Translations under genes and position numbers: made by a program
DNA from: a virus
Length of the DNA: 52,407 nucleotides
Direction: 5' to 3' (one strand)
UHGV virus genome: UHGV-0113213
The notes under the pieces: generated by a model
What the model was told of the DNA's origin: nothing
Seen by the model: only the letters and a program-made list of their open reading frames with translations
Database searches by the model: none
Shown: in pieces, positions 33,605 through 41,719 of the stretch
Position numbering within the stretch: position 1 is the first letter of the stretch
How the letters are laid out: the number at the start of each line of letters is the position of its first letter

Positions 33605-34008
33605 TGCTCACCCCACATATTAGTCGCATATTCGTTAATATCCGGTAGCAGGTCGCCGCGTTCGCATACCTTAATAAACAATCGCCCGCCTTTTACCTTC
33701 CGGCAGCGGACAATTTTTATTGAGTCGATTTGCCCATCATCATTCCAGAATCCGGCACAAGTAAGGCTGTCAAAAAGGCATTTTGGGATATTATCAAGAT
33801 CTCTGACCCGGTTATCCGGCGGCGCGGCATAAATGGCGATTGCCAGTCGGCAAGATAGGTTAATGTCTAAATTTAATAATTCGATGATGTCTTTTACTTG
33901 TTCCCGGTATTCCTTCCCCACTTCGCTGATATAGTGAAAACCTCGTGAATGTCGGTAATATCGGTTATTAGATGGCGGGTAAGGTAGGCTAAATGTATAC
34001 TCGTTCAT
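33601..34008 (-). CDS. rusA: Holliday junction resolvase RusA
   Basis: 135 aa. LPYPPSNNRYYRH..G....S..G..YR, RDLDN..K..FD.LT.AGFW.DD.Q, KGGRL. Close to E. coli RusA by eye. Confidence 0.9.
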   Translation of the reverse strand: MNEYTFSLPYPPSNNRYYRHSRGFHYISEVGKEYREQVKDIIELLNLDINLSCRLAIAIYAAPPDNRVRDLDNIPKCLFDSLTCAGFWNDDGQIDSIKIVRCRKVKGGRLFIKVCERGDLLPDINEYATNMWGEQ

Positions 34009-34610
34009 GCTGCCTTTCTCCTTAAGGCGTCCAATTTTGCCTGATAGATGTTTATTAGCTCCTTACATTCTGCGATCGTCCATTTATGCGTATCATTGTT
34101 GTTCTCCAGCGCTTCCACCCTGGCGAGGCCAATTTTTCGAATCAGTGCTGGGCGATAGGCTTGTATGTTTCCGTCTAATGTCTGATTGCAGTGCCTACAT
34201 TGTTTATGGACGTTATCTTCATTGAAGCGAAGGTGTCCGGCGGCGGCGACCGTCCTGTAATGCCCCGCATCGTATCCGCATTGCTCACCGTAGTAAGTCC
34301 CGCAGGATATGCACGGCAACCGCGCGTCACGTTCGCGGATATAGGCATTAAATACCGCTTGTGCCTGCTTTAACCAATAGCTACGCGGATTTAACTGCTT
34401 CCGCTTCCGGTTGCGTTCTTCCCGCTGGCTATCACGGCGTTTCTTCCGTTCCATAGCCTTCATAGCCTTCTCACGGTCGCGGCATAACTGGTCAAATTTC
34501 AGTTCTTCCAGGCATTCGTCGCTGCACCACGTTTGATTGTGATATTTAGGCTCAAAAAAAACGCCGCAGCATTTGCAACGGCGTCTTATTGGTTTCTTAG
34601 GGTTTTGCAT
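34005..34610 (-). CDS. ninG: NinG/Rap family recombination endonuclease
   Basis: 201 aa from the ATG at 34610. C.CCG..F, W.KQAQ..FN.YIR.RD....CISCG......DAGHY......LRF.E.N.H.QC..CN, as in lambda NinG. Confidence 0.85.
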   Translation of the reverse strand: MQNPKKPIRRRCKCCGVFFEPKYHNQTWCSDECLEELKFDQLCRDREKAMKAMERKKRRDSQREERNRKRKQLNPRSYWLKQAQAVFNAYIRERDARLPCISCGTYYGEQCGYDAGHYRTVAAAGHLRFNEDNVHKQCRHCNQTLDGNIQAYRPALIRKIGLARVEALENNNDTHKWTIAECKELINIYQAKLDALRRKAA

Positions 34611-34624
34611 AAAAACCACCCCAA

Positions 34625-34801
34625 TTATTTTTGATTCTCTGTTTCGTTCAGCCTTTCGGCGTGTCCGGCCCTTAGCGAGTGATCTACACATTCGTTGTAC
34701 TCGTTACATTCTCCTTTTTTCGTGCTGCATACATTGCACATTGCACGCATGACGCTTTCTCGTTCATAGTCGTCATGCCATTGGTAATCATCAAAAGACA
34801 T
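34625..34801 (-). CDS. Cys-rich small protein
   Basis: 58 aa (below the cutoff): MSFDDYQWHDDYERESVMRAMCNVCSTKKGECNEYNECVDHSLRAGHAERLNETENQK. AAGGAG SD. First ORF after the 34878-34959 promoter module. Confidence 0.55.
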   Translation of the reverse strand: MSFDDYQWHDDYERESVMRAMCNVCSTKKGECNEYNECVDHSLRAGHAERLNETENQK

Positions 34802-34877
34802 AATGCTCTCTCCTTTTCAGGTGATTTCTACGCATTTCAGCGCTGCCGGATTTTTAAAGAGCATTTTGTTTGCTTGA

Positions 34878-34959
34878 AGTATACAAAATGGATACCCCCA
34901 AACAAGGCAAAAAGCGCCATTATGTGATCCGCATCACGCAATGATGCCATTTTGTAAAC
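34878..34959 (-). promoter_or_regulatory. internal promoter module with a CRP-like site
   Basis: Minus strand: GTTTACAAAATGG (34947-34959), CGTGATGCGGATCACA (34923-34938), 25 nt from the centre to -35 TTGTTT (34900-34905), a 16-nt spacer ending CCATTTTG, and -10 TATACT (34878-34883). Confidence 0.6.
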
Positions 34960-34960
34960 T

Positions 34961-35725
34961 TTAGTCCGGTAAAATGCGGTTAAGCGTAGTACGAGTGATG
35001 GCCCGGTCGTTAGCCAGGAATACAGCACGGGCAAAGCCGCGCGGCGTTAGTGAGCGGATCATCTTAGTGCGTTTCGACTCTCCTCCTAACTTCGCGTGCT
35101 GTTTGCTGTCTTCCCATTCATCCGGCATAGGTACAGGCCGGAATAGCGGCTGCTTAAATCCATTCCCGCACCAGATACAAGTTTTCTTCGTGTATGCGTC
35201 GCGGGCAGCTATGTATTCAGGGAAAGCAGGGTGTTTGTCGTCTTCAGGCAGGTAGCCACCGTAAGCGCACGGGTTGAAGATAAAATCAGGTTTGCGCCAT
35301 AACGTTGACAGCGCACCTACCGGATTTTCCACCATCCACGGGACGTGGTACATATCAGCAAGCGTTTCTACCAGTTTTGCGTTGTATACCGCCTTCTGCT
35401 GGAAGTAAGGTTCTTTTTTCCGCTTATCAGCAAACCAGCGAGCGCCGGACACCGCAAGATCGTCGCACGGAGGAAAGCCCAGGATAATGTCAGGATCTGG
35501 ATAAACAGACAATTCAGGGGAGAACATTACCAGGAAATGGCTGTCAATCCATACGTTGATATACTCAATGTTCGGATGAATGATTTTGACGCCTTCATAA
35601 TCGCCGTGATTAGCGCCATCATAGTTGAAGCAATAGCATTTATAACCAGCGTCGGCCCAATCTTTAACGGCGTATCCGCTGCCGTCGTACAGCGACCACA
35701 CCACCCAATTTCTAAGCCCACTCAT
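34961..35725 (-). CDS. DNA (cytosine-5) methyltransferase, orphan
   Basis: 254 aa. Motif I LYDGSG, motif IV GFPPCDDLAVSG, motif VI MVENP. No restriction partner seen. Confidence 0.7.
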   Translation of the reverse strand: MSGLRNWVVWSLYDGSGYAVKDWADAGYKCYCFNYDGANHGDYEGVKIIHPNIEYINVWIDSHFLVMFSPELSVYPDPDIILGFPPCDDLAVSGARWFADKRKKEPYFQQKAVYNAKLVETLADMYHVPWMVENPVGALSTLWRKPDFIFNPCAYGGYLPEDDKHPAFPEYIAARDAYTKKTCIWCGNGFKQPLFRPVPMPDEWEDSKQHAKLGGESKRTKMIRSLTPRGFARAVFLANDRAITRTTLNRILPD

Positions 35726-36225
35726 TTCCTACCCTCGAACGTAAAGTAGCGGCGCATGATGATAGTGATCACCGTTACCGCCGCCATTTTTGAGATGAAT
35801 TGCATAGCTGATATTTCCGGCATGAATGCCATAAACGATAGCGTTGGGAAAATTAACGCATCGCCAATGGCGGACGCTATATTTGCAGGCCAGCGTTTAG
35901 AATCGAAATCACCAGGTAAAACCCGGTAAACGCCGCCAGAAATAAGCGCACCGGAAACAACCGCGACGAATGACGCGATCGCCACCATTCCGGCGTCGTA
36001 ATTTATCAGCACCGTGATTGCGCCAGCGGCGGCGCATGTTGTAGCCGACCATTTAAGGCCGCCGTCATATAACAGAAAATCACGAATCATCATATTGACA
36101 CACACGGCGGCTACCGTGGTGATCGGAATTACCCACGGGCCACAGTGGTTAACAATAAGATTGATGATAACGAAAACGGCGACATAAACGCAGGCTAATA
36201 ACCTGTCAATTGCCACCATCTTCAT
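35722..36225 (-). CDS. polytopic membrane protein, VUT/YhhQ-like (queuosine-precursor transporter family)
   Basis: 167 aa, about 5 TM segments. ANIASAIGDALIFPTLSFMAF resembles the conserved YhhQ/DUF165 segment (recalled). Shorter than YhhQ. Confidence 0.4.
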   Translation of the reverse strand: MKMVAIDRLLACVYVAVFVIINLIVNHCGPWVIPITTVAAVCVNMMIRDFLLYDGGLKWSATTCAAAGAITVLINYDAGMVAIASFVAVVSGALISGGVYRVLPGDFDSKRWPANIASAIGDALIFPTLSFMAFMPEISAMQFISKMAAVTVITIIMRRYFTFEGRK

Positions 36226-36525
36226 TTAGCTCTTCCTCCCGATACGCTAATATCTGTTCGGCCTTAAGCGCGTTATAAGCAATAAGGTCTATAAGAGTGT
36301 CGAGCGGATCAGTTCCATTAGCGAGAATAGCCCCTAAACGCGCTTCCTTGAGGCAAATCATTAGATCCCATACATCAAGTGGGGTTAAATTCGCATTCAT
36401 CTTAGCGTTGAAAATAGCCGCTATTTTTGGCGCTGATTTTTCTTCTTTTCGATCGTATCCGTTTTGCTCCCTCTTGCCTCGATAGTTTCAGCCGCAAGTC
36501 TCAGCAATTCAGCCGCTTTATTCAT
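36206..36525 (-). pseudogene. frameshifted small gene (G-x-R-x3-Y-G ... K-x-x-R ... D-x3-D-x3-Y family, DUF6378-like)
   Basis: Frame A starts at 36525 (MNKAAELLRLAAETIEARGSKTDT...) and stops at 36421. Frame B is open from 36487 (..RGKREQNGYDRKEEKSAPKIAAIFNAKMNANLTPLDVWDLMICLKEARL...) and runs to 36206. Together they read as one protein. Confidence 0.5.
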
Positions 36526-37057
36526 TTTCTGCACCTCTTGCATATAGCTCTTTACGTGTTATCTGCGTGAAAATACATTCATGTCTGCATCGTGGATGCC
36601 AGATCAGGAACAAGCTCCCCTTATTGTTCCCGCTTACTGGTTTCCCTGTTGCAGCATTGATAAACGCCAGCCGCCCGCGCGTGATTAATCGGCATTCGTT
36701 TGCCGTCTCCACGCCGTTCATAAACCAGCTAACAGAAATGTCAGCGGGCAATAACATTACGCATCCGATATGATTTCGGCTGTGTTCAAGCGCCGCTTTA
36801 TCAACGAATGGCCCCGGATTAGAATATGGCGGATTCATCCAGACATACTCACCAGGCATCGCCACCGCTCCCCACGGATAATGGAGCGTGTCCATTTCTT
36901 CGGTTATATATCGCGGTATTAATGCGTTTGCCTTGTTTGCCGCCACATCCGCGACGAACTCGAATTCTCGATCCATTCCTCTAAAAACGGGTTTTGGCGT
37001 TTGCCATAAGTCCTTTATTTCTTTCGGCGTATGGCTGCCGCCGTAATCATTTTTCAT
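36518..37057 (-). CDS. dam: phage N6-adenine DNA methyltransferase (Dam family)
   Basis: 179 aa. W.TP..VF......F.F..DVAA...NA, NPPYS, LLPA..S..WF. Confidence 0.85.
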   Translation of the reverse strand: MKNDYGGSHTPKEIKDLWQTPKPVFRGMDREFEFVADVAANKANALIPRYITEEMDTLHYPWGAVAMPGEYVWMNPPYSNPGPFVDKAALEHSRNHIGCVMLLPADISVSWFMNGVETANECRLITRGRLAFINAATGKPVSGNNKGSLFLIWHPRCRHECIFTQITRKELYARGAENE

Positions 37058-37066
37058 TACGCCCCC

Positions 37067-37555
37067 TTAGAAATAATCCTGATCTGTTCCCCAGCGGTTA
37101 TTCAGATACCCCACCAACCACACAAAACGCTCAATACTGATTAGCGGGGCGACCTTGCGATAATGCTTATCTAATATCAGCCGCGTGGCTTTATCGCTGT
37201 AGCCGTTCTTCTCTACCTCCGCTTTGCAGGCCGAAAGCGCGGCGCGGGCGGCAGTCTTTACGGCGTTAAATTGCGGCTCTGACATATTGAATAAGGCCAT
37301 AGGATCACCATGTGTCAGTCCAATCCGGCGCGGCAGTCCAGCAAAAACCAATGAATGCGCTAACAGCCAATAAAGCGCGGGCTGCAAAAAGAATATTCCC
37401 AATGTCGTTAAATTCAGGAAGCGACCACGTAATAAACATAGCCCCAGCATAATAACACCGATAACAGTCATGGCCGCCAGGAAAACAAAAAGCGTAGCCA
37501 AAAGCCACGCCCCCAACCAGTTAAAAAAGCTCTTAAGCATTTTAAACGTCCTCAA
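37067..37555 (-). CDS. membrane protein
   Basis: 162 aa, three N-terminal TM helices and a soluble C-terminal domain. Confidence 0.55.
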   Translation of the reverse strand: MRTFKMLKSFFNWLGAWLLATLFVFLAAMTVIGVIMLGLCLLRGRFLNLTTLGIFFLQPALYWLLAHSLVFAGLPRRIGLTHGDPMALFNMSEPQFNAVKTAARAALSACKAEVEKNGYSDKATRLILDKHYRKVAPLISIERFVWLVGYLNNRWGTDQDYF

Positions 37556-37745
37556 TTACCCCGCCTTTCACACGCTCTTTAATATCCCATACGTGAGGCT
37601 TGCATATTTCCTGATAATAGTGATCCGGCCTGCTGCCGAAATACCATTTGCCATCCATATAAAAATAAACGCCAGAATAATTTCCTGGCGCTGCCTTTGT
37701 TGCTGCTTCTGGAATTTTCCATTCCATGTAATGTTTAAATTTCAT
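37542..37745 (-). CDS. hypothetical protein
   Basis: 67 aa, operon member. Confidence 0.5.
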   Translation of the reverse strand: MKFKHYMEWKIPEAATKAAPGNYSGVYFYMDGKWYFGSRPDHYYQEICKPHVWDIKERVKGGVIEDV

Positions 37746-37929
37746 GAGTTTTTAAATAACCCCTTCTGAATGCTTTGATGTAAAGTCCTAGCCTTCTTAT
37801 ATGCTGAACGCCATCAATGATGCGCACTAAATAAATTGCACCGTTTGTGTCAGATACAAAATGACAGCCAAAACCAATACCAACCAACTTCAGGTTGTCA
37901 GGTATTCTATAATCAGTTTTCTGTTCCAT
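37735..37929 (-). CDS. hypothetical protein
   Basis: 64 aa, operon member. Confidence 0.5.
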   Translation of the reverse strand: MEQKTDYRIPDNLKLVGIGFGCHFVSDTNGAIYLVRIIDGVQHIRRLGLYIKAFRRGYLKTHEI

Positions 37930-37932
37930 GCC

Positions 37933-38025
37933 TCACCTCATATGGTATTCAATAAACCACCTGATAAACAGACATAAGGCAATAAAACCCCAGCAACAGC
38001 ACATATAAAACAATGTGTCGTCCAT
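37933..38025 (-). CDS. hydrophobic micropeptide (30 aa)
   Basis: MDDTLFYMCCCWGFIALCLFIRWFIEYHMR. The ATG lies 2 nt after the upstream stop, and the stop lies 3 nt before the next ATG. Confidence 0.5.
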   Translation of the reverse strand: MDDTLFYMCCCWGFIALCLFIRWFIEYHMR

Positions 38026-38027
38026 AA

Positions 38028-38246
38028 TTAAGCCTCAATAACACCGTAATCGAACGTGCCTAAATACCGTTCGATACTTACAACCTCAATACCATCAATG
38101 CACCGTTTCCACACAGACACCTGGCTTTCATTTTCTCTGAAGTGCATATTAGAAAGCACTTCATCGGCTGGGTAGCCTTTCCCGGCGACGTAGGCATCGT
38201 GACCTACGCCACCTTCTACGCAATAAAGCATCAATTCGCGTTCCAT
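38028..38246 (-). CDS. hypothetical protein
   Basis: 72 aa from the ATG at 38246 (GGAGG SD). The track ORF's longer N-terminus would cover the promoter module. Confidence 0.5.
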   Translation of the reverse strand: MERELMLYCVEGGVGHDAYVAGKGYPADEVLSNMHFRENESQVSVWKRCIDGIEVVSIERYLGTFDYGVIEA

Positions 38247-38280
38247 CTTGTTTCCTCCGTGCCGTAAACCTCTTAATTTC

Positions 38281-38341
38281 AGTTTACAAAACGGATATGC
38301 GATCGCAATACAAAATGTATATTTATGTGATCGCAATCACG
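38281..38341 (-). promoter_or_regulatory. internal promoter module with a CRP-like site
   Basis: Minus strand: CGTGATTGCGATCACA (38326-38341), 25 nt from the centre to -35 TTGCGA (38303-38308), a 16-nt spacer ending CCGTTTTG, and -10 TAAACT (38281-38286). Confidence 0.55.
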
Positions 38342-38344
38342 CTG

Positions 38345-38965
38345 TTAATGCAGTACACGTTTTTCCTGTTCATGAATAGGCTGTGCACTTTTCATTGCTT
38401 CGTTAAGCGTAGCTATAGCCGCCTGTACGCCGAATTCATTAGCGCGCATATCATCGCCAACAAATTTTCCGTAAAGCACCGGAATAAACGCCTTAACGTT
38501 CACTTCTTCGTGTCCTTCCTCAATAAATTTCTGCAACATCTTAACCTCAAAGACCTTTTTCATCAGGCCGCGCATAGAATGCAGTGAAACACTGCCAAGC
38601 AGATCCTTGTTCAACGGGAAAATAACAGCACTTCCGAACGCGAGCGGATCAACATCTTCCGGCACTGGTGCGCGTCCGAATTCCTCCTCCATGCGTCTTA
38701 CGAAAGTGAGGCAGAACACATAACGCGCTACCGATGTTTTTTCTTCCATGCTTAAAGACACGTAATCGCGGATTGATGCATTCATCATAATATCGACAAT
38801 CTGTAGCGCCAGATTTAAGTCACTGTCATACACTCCTGCTTCCATATCTTTTAAAACTTCGTGATAATCCTTAGTTACCACTTCGTGAAAGCTCGCGTCC
38901 TCTGTGTAGCGAGTAATTAACATGCCTTCGCTGCCGAGTGAATAAGCCGTTTTGATATTGTTCAT
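38345..38965 (-). CDS. hypothetical protein
   Basis: 206 aa from the ATG at 38965, just after the upstream stop at 38977. Confidence 0.55.
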   Translation of the reverse strand: MNNIKTAYSLGSEGMLITRYTEDASFHEVVTKDYHEVLKDMEAGVYDSDLNLALQIVDIMMNASIRDYVSLSMEEKTSVARYVFCLTFVRRMEEEFGRAPVPEDVDPLAFGSAVIFPLNKDLLGSVSLHSMRGLMKKVFEVKMLQKFIEEGHEEVNVKAFIPVLYGKFVGDDMRANEFGVQAAIATLNEAMKSAQPIHEQEKRVLH

Positions 38966-38976
38966 AATATTTACCC

Positions 38977-39309
38977 TTATAGTGGATGATGCCATTTCAT
39001 TTCAGTTTCTGAATTAAACGGGTTTCCTTCGCTTGAAAGGAATAAATCACGCTCCCGTTTCAGTTCTTCCGGGCTTATTTCTATTTCATCAATCTGACCG
39101 AACGATCCAGGCATCATCCGTTTTAAATCGGATAGCGGACGCATAAGGCCGCAGCCACGTAACAGCATGTCTATAGCGAATTGTCTACGCCCTGCTGCAT
39201 CATTAAAGCGACGCGCCCACGGGACACACACAATCCGGCGTTCGAACTCAATAAATAGTGATAGCTTGTTAGTCTGACTATCATAGGCCTTATGTAATTT
39301 AATTTTCAT
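38977..39309 (-). CDS. hypothetical protein
   Basis: 110 aa, operon member. Confidence 0.55.
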   Translation of the reverse strand: MKIKLHKAYDSQTNKLSLFIEFERRIVCVPWARRFNDAAGRRQFAIDMLLRGCGLMRPLSDLKRMMPGSFGQIDEIEISPEELKRERDLFLSSEGNPFNSETEMKWHHPL

Positions 39310-39490
39310 TTAACACCTCAACATATTGTTCAAGATGCCATCTCCCCACCTCATCATCTTCCTCATCAAATAATATTACTTGACCACCAGGCAAAAAAGA
39401 AAAGGCAGCTATAATAAACTCATAGCCATACCAAGTGCGGATCTTCTCACCGCCTTTCAGGTGTTTTACTTTCACTAATTTTATAGCCAT
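39299..39490 (-). CDS. hypothetical small protein
   Basis: 63 aa. Contains ILFDEEDDEVGRWHL (the D-x-x-G-x-W motif). Confidence 0.5.
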   Translation of the reverse strand: MAIKLVKVKHLKGGEKIRTWYGYEFIIAAFSFLPGGQVILFDEEDDEVGRWHLEQYVEVLNEN

Positions 39491-39753
39491 ACGCCGTACA
39501 TCCCATTCAGCCCGGCAAACAATTTCCGCCAGTGGTCTTCAACATAATCCCGGAACGGCTTAACGCGAACATTGCGGGCCTTCAGTTCAATCTTGTCAAA
39601 GAAACGAGGCTCAATAATCGTTCCATCCAGATATTTAACCAGGATCGGGCGCTCAAGATCGTTATATGTCTTGTTCAGCACAACCAGACCAGGGTCGCTA
39701 CGATATTCTGGCAAAACAACAAGATCGCCATCTTTTGCATTCCAAGTAACCAT
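39481..39753 (-). CDS. hypothetical protein
   Basis: 90 aa from the ATG at 39753 (the track uses the GTG at 39756). Confidence 0.5.
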   Translation of the reverse strand: MVTWNAKDGDLVVLPEYRSDPGLVVLNKTYNDLERPILVKYLDGTIIEPRFFDKIELKARNVRVKPFRDYVEDHWRKLFAGLNGMYGVWL

Positions 39754-39872
39754 CACATCGCCCCTTTACAAATAAAGCTAATCACCGCAGCAAGTGCGCC
39801 GCAAAACACAATCGTAAACAGGAAACAAATAACGCAAAAAGCGACCCTTACAATATTCTTGCAAACCTTCAT
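39753..39872 (-). CDS. hydrophobic Cys-rich micropeptide (39 aa)
   Basis: MKVCKNIVRVAFCVICFLFTIVFCGALAAVISFICKGAM. GGGGTGAG SD. The stop overlaps the next ATG. Confidence 0.5.
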   Translation of the reverse strand: MKVCKNIVRVAFCVICFLFTIVFCGALAAVISFICKGAM

Positions 39873-39875
39873 AAC

Positions 39876-39995
39876 TCACCCCAACAATGCAACAATTAAT
39901 TCAGCAATAAAAACGGCGACATAAAAAGAAGCTGTGATATAAATCACCCCAATAACGAAGGCGGCGGCTAATGCCGCAATTTTTACCATGCTCAT
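39876..39995 (-). CDS. hydrophobic micropeptide (39 aa)
   Basis: MSMVKIAALAAAFVIGVIYITASFYVAVFIAELIVALLG. ATGA overlap with the upstream gene. Confidence 0.5.
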   Translation of the reverse strand: MSMVKIAALAAAFVIGVIYITASFYVAVFIAELIVALLG

Positions 39996-40231
39996 TTATC
40001 AGCCTCCGCAATGAACTTATCAAGCCATTTGTTATTGGCCAGGCGTTCGGCATCTTCGCCAAATGTTTTACGTTCGCTTAATTCCTTGCGCGTTGGTATA
40101 GGCCATTTATCGTGCCACCCGGCAGACGTTTCGAACTCATACAGGCCGCCGTTAAAAGTGACATAGTCATCAGATGAGTCAGGCAGCTCTTTATCAACAT
40201 CTTTTTCTTCGATCATGATTTGATACCTCAT
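39992..40231 (-). CDS. hypothetical acidic protein
   Basis: 79 aa, ATGA-coupled. Confidence 0.5.
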   Translation of the reverse strand: MRYQIMIEEKDVDKELPDSSDDYVTFNGGLYEFETSAGWHDKWPIPTRKELSERKTFGEDAERLANNKWLDKFIAEADK

Positions 40232-40509
40232 TAATCGTTAATAACCTGGCCCATACGCCCGCGATATTTGCGCATACGTGGATCGACATATTCAGGCCAG
40301 TGCATATCCGGTTTTCTTTGCAGCGGATAAAAACTTGCCTGCCAGTTGTCGAACCATATTTGTTTTGCGTACAGGTCACTAAATCTTTTCGCCATCCGTT
40401 CCGCTGCCGTGCCGCATAAAAAAAGCCCGCGATCGATTTGATCACGGGCTTCTTTTAATACTTGCTCTTTTGTTCGTGGCGGTGGTGGCGGTTTTAGATA
40501 ATCAACCAT
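40231..40509 (-). CDS. hypothetical protein
   Basis: 92 aa, Pro-rich N-terminus, directly after ssb. Confidence 0.5.
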   Translation of the reverse strand: MVDYLKPPPPPRTKEQVLKEARDQIDRGLFLCGTAAERMAKRFSDLYAKQIWFDNWQASFYPLQRKPDMHWPEYVDPRMRKYRGRMGQVIND

Positions 40510-40524
40510 CGCTAACCTATTGGA

Positions 40525-40929
40525 TCAAAACGGGATATCGTCATCAAAGTCCATCGGCGGATTATTCCCGTTATTATTCTGCTGCTGCGGAGGCGCTTTC
40601 TGCTGCTGGCCTTGTTGGTTAACGTTCATGAATTCAAATTCGTTAACCGCCACTTCTACCGCCGTTCCCTTCGTGCCGTCGTTCCGGTCATATTGCCGAA
40701 CATCCAGGCGACCGCTTACCACTATTTTTCCACCCTTGCGGATATGTGGCGCTAATTTTTCCGCACGCTCACCAAATACCAGGCAAGTGACCCACATTGT
40801 CCGCTTATTATCGCCGTAGCCATTCGTTACAGCTAACGGAAAACTACCAATCGCTTTCCCGTTTTGTGTGTAGCGAACCTCCATATCATTACCGATATTC
40901 CCGCCCAGCGTGATTGAATTTAAACTCAT
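40525..40929 (-). CDS. ssb: single-stranded DNA-binding protein
   Basis: 134 aa. OB-fold N-terminus, Gln/Pro/Asn-rich linker, canonical acidic tail DFDDDIPF. Confidence 0.92.
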   Translation of the reverse strand: MSLNSITLGGNIGNDMEVRYTQNGKAIGSFPLAVTNGYGDNKRTMWVTCLVFGERAEKLAPHIRKGGKIVVSGRLDVRQYDRNDGTKGTAVEVAVNEFEFMNVNQQGQQQKAPPQQQNNNGNNPPMDFDDDIPF

Positions 40930-41573
40930 TAACCCATCTCCCCGTTAAGCTCTGCTACCCGGATGTCATAAACATCTTTTGCCTTGATTCGATGTTCCGA
41001 TCCTTCCGGTAGTAATTTCCAGCATTTGCCAAATATTTCACGCAGCTTGTTAGCGTCCTGCGCTTTCGCTGCTGCATCACAGAAACGTGCTAATACTTCA
41101 TCAGGATTTGGCGGCGCTTTCTGCTGCTGTGGTTGTTGTTTTGGTGGGTTTTTCTGCTGGCGAGGCTGCTGGCCTGTCTGCTTAGCGTATGCGTCAGTAT
41201 CAGGATCTCGCGCATCATCAATGCAGAATAAACCGTTCAAAGCGTATTTTCGCGCGTAACTTGATGTCGCACCTGTTAGCTGGCTTGCGTCCATTCCCTT
41301 CTTGCTTTCTTCTTCCCTGGCGTAAGCCGTTACCGCTATTTCGTCTTCACCGTCGCTTAGCGTCGCCGTAGCTTTCACATAATAGCGATTGCCGATCAGG
41401 ACAATTTCATCGCTTACAGTCAGCGTAATACTTTGAAGCAGTGGTTTAACCGCCTCTAAAATATCCTCCGCCGACCTGTAATTATATCCACCAAAATTAT
41501 TACGCTGATTTTTCGGCGCGTTCAGCGTTTGCTGAATCGTCCATAGCTTTTTATGTAACTCTGTTTTCACCAT
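40929..41573 (-). CDS. erf: Erf-family single-strand annealing recombinase
   Basis: 214 aa. Long stretches match my recollection of P22 Erf (LNAPKNQ.N.FG.Y.YRS.EDILE.VKPLL, SDEIVLIG.RYYVKATAT..DGE, KKGMDA.Q.TGATSSYARKY.LNGLF.IDDA.D.D). Confidence 0.9.
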   Translation of the reverse strand: MVKTELHKKLWTIQQTLNAPKNQRNNFGGYNYRSAEDILEAVKPLLQSITLTVSDEIVLIGNRYYVKATATLSDGEDEIAVTAYAREEESKKGMDASQLTGATSSYARKYALNGLFCIDDARDPDTDAYAKQTGQQPRQQKNPPKQQPQQQKAPPNPDEVLARFCDAAAKAQDANKLREIFGKCWKLLPEGSEHRIKAKDVYDIRVAELNGEMG

Positions 41574-41689
41574 TTAATCTCCCGTGCTGTTAACACTATG
41601 TATAAGGCTTTATTCGCGGCGCTCCACATTTCGGCATCGTGAAGCATTTCCGCTACTGCCAGTTTGAATTGAAGCGCCTGAATAACCAT
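41567..41689 (-). CDS. hypothetical small protein upstream of erf
   Basis: 40 aa: MVIQALQFKLAVAEMLHDAEMWSAANKALYIVLTAREIKW. GGAG SD. The stop overlaps the erf start. Confidence 0.45.
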   Translation of the reverse strand: MVIQALQFKLAVAEMLHDAEMWSAANKALYIVLTAREIKW

Positions 41690-41719
41690 AATGTCATCTC
41701 CGGATGTTTACATTTTGTA

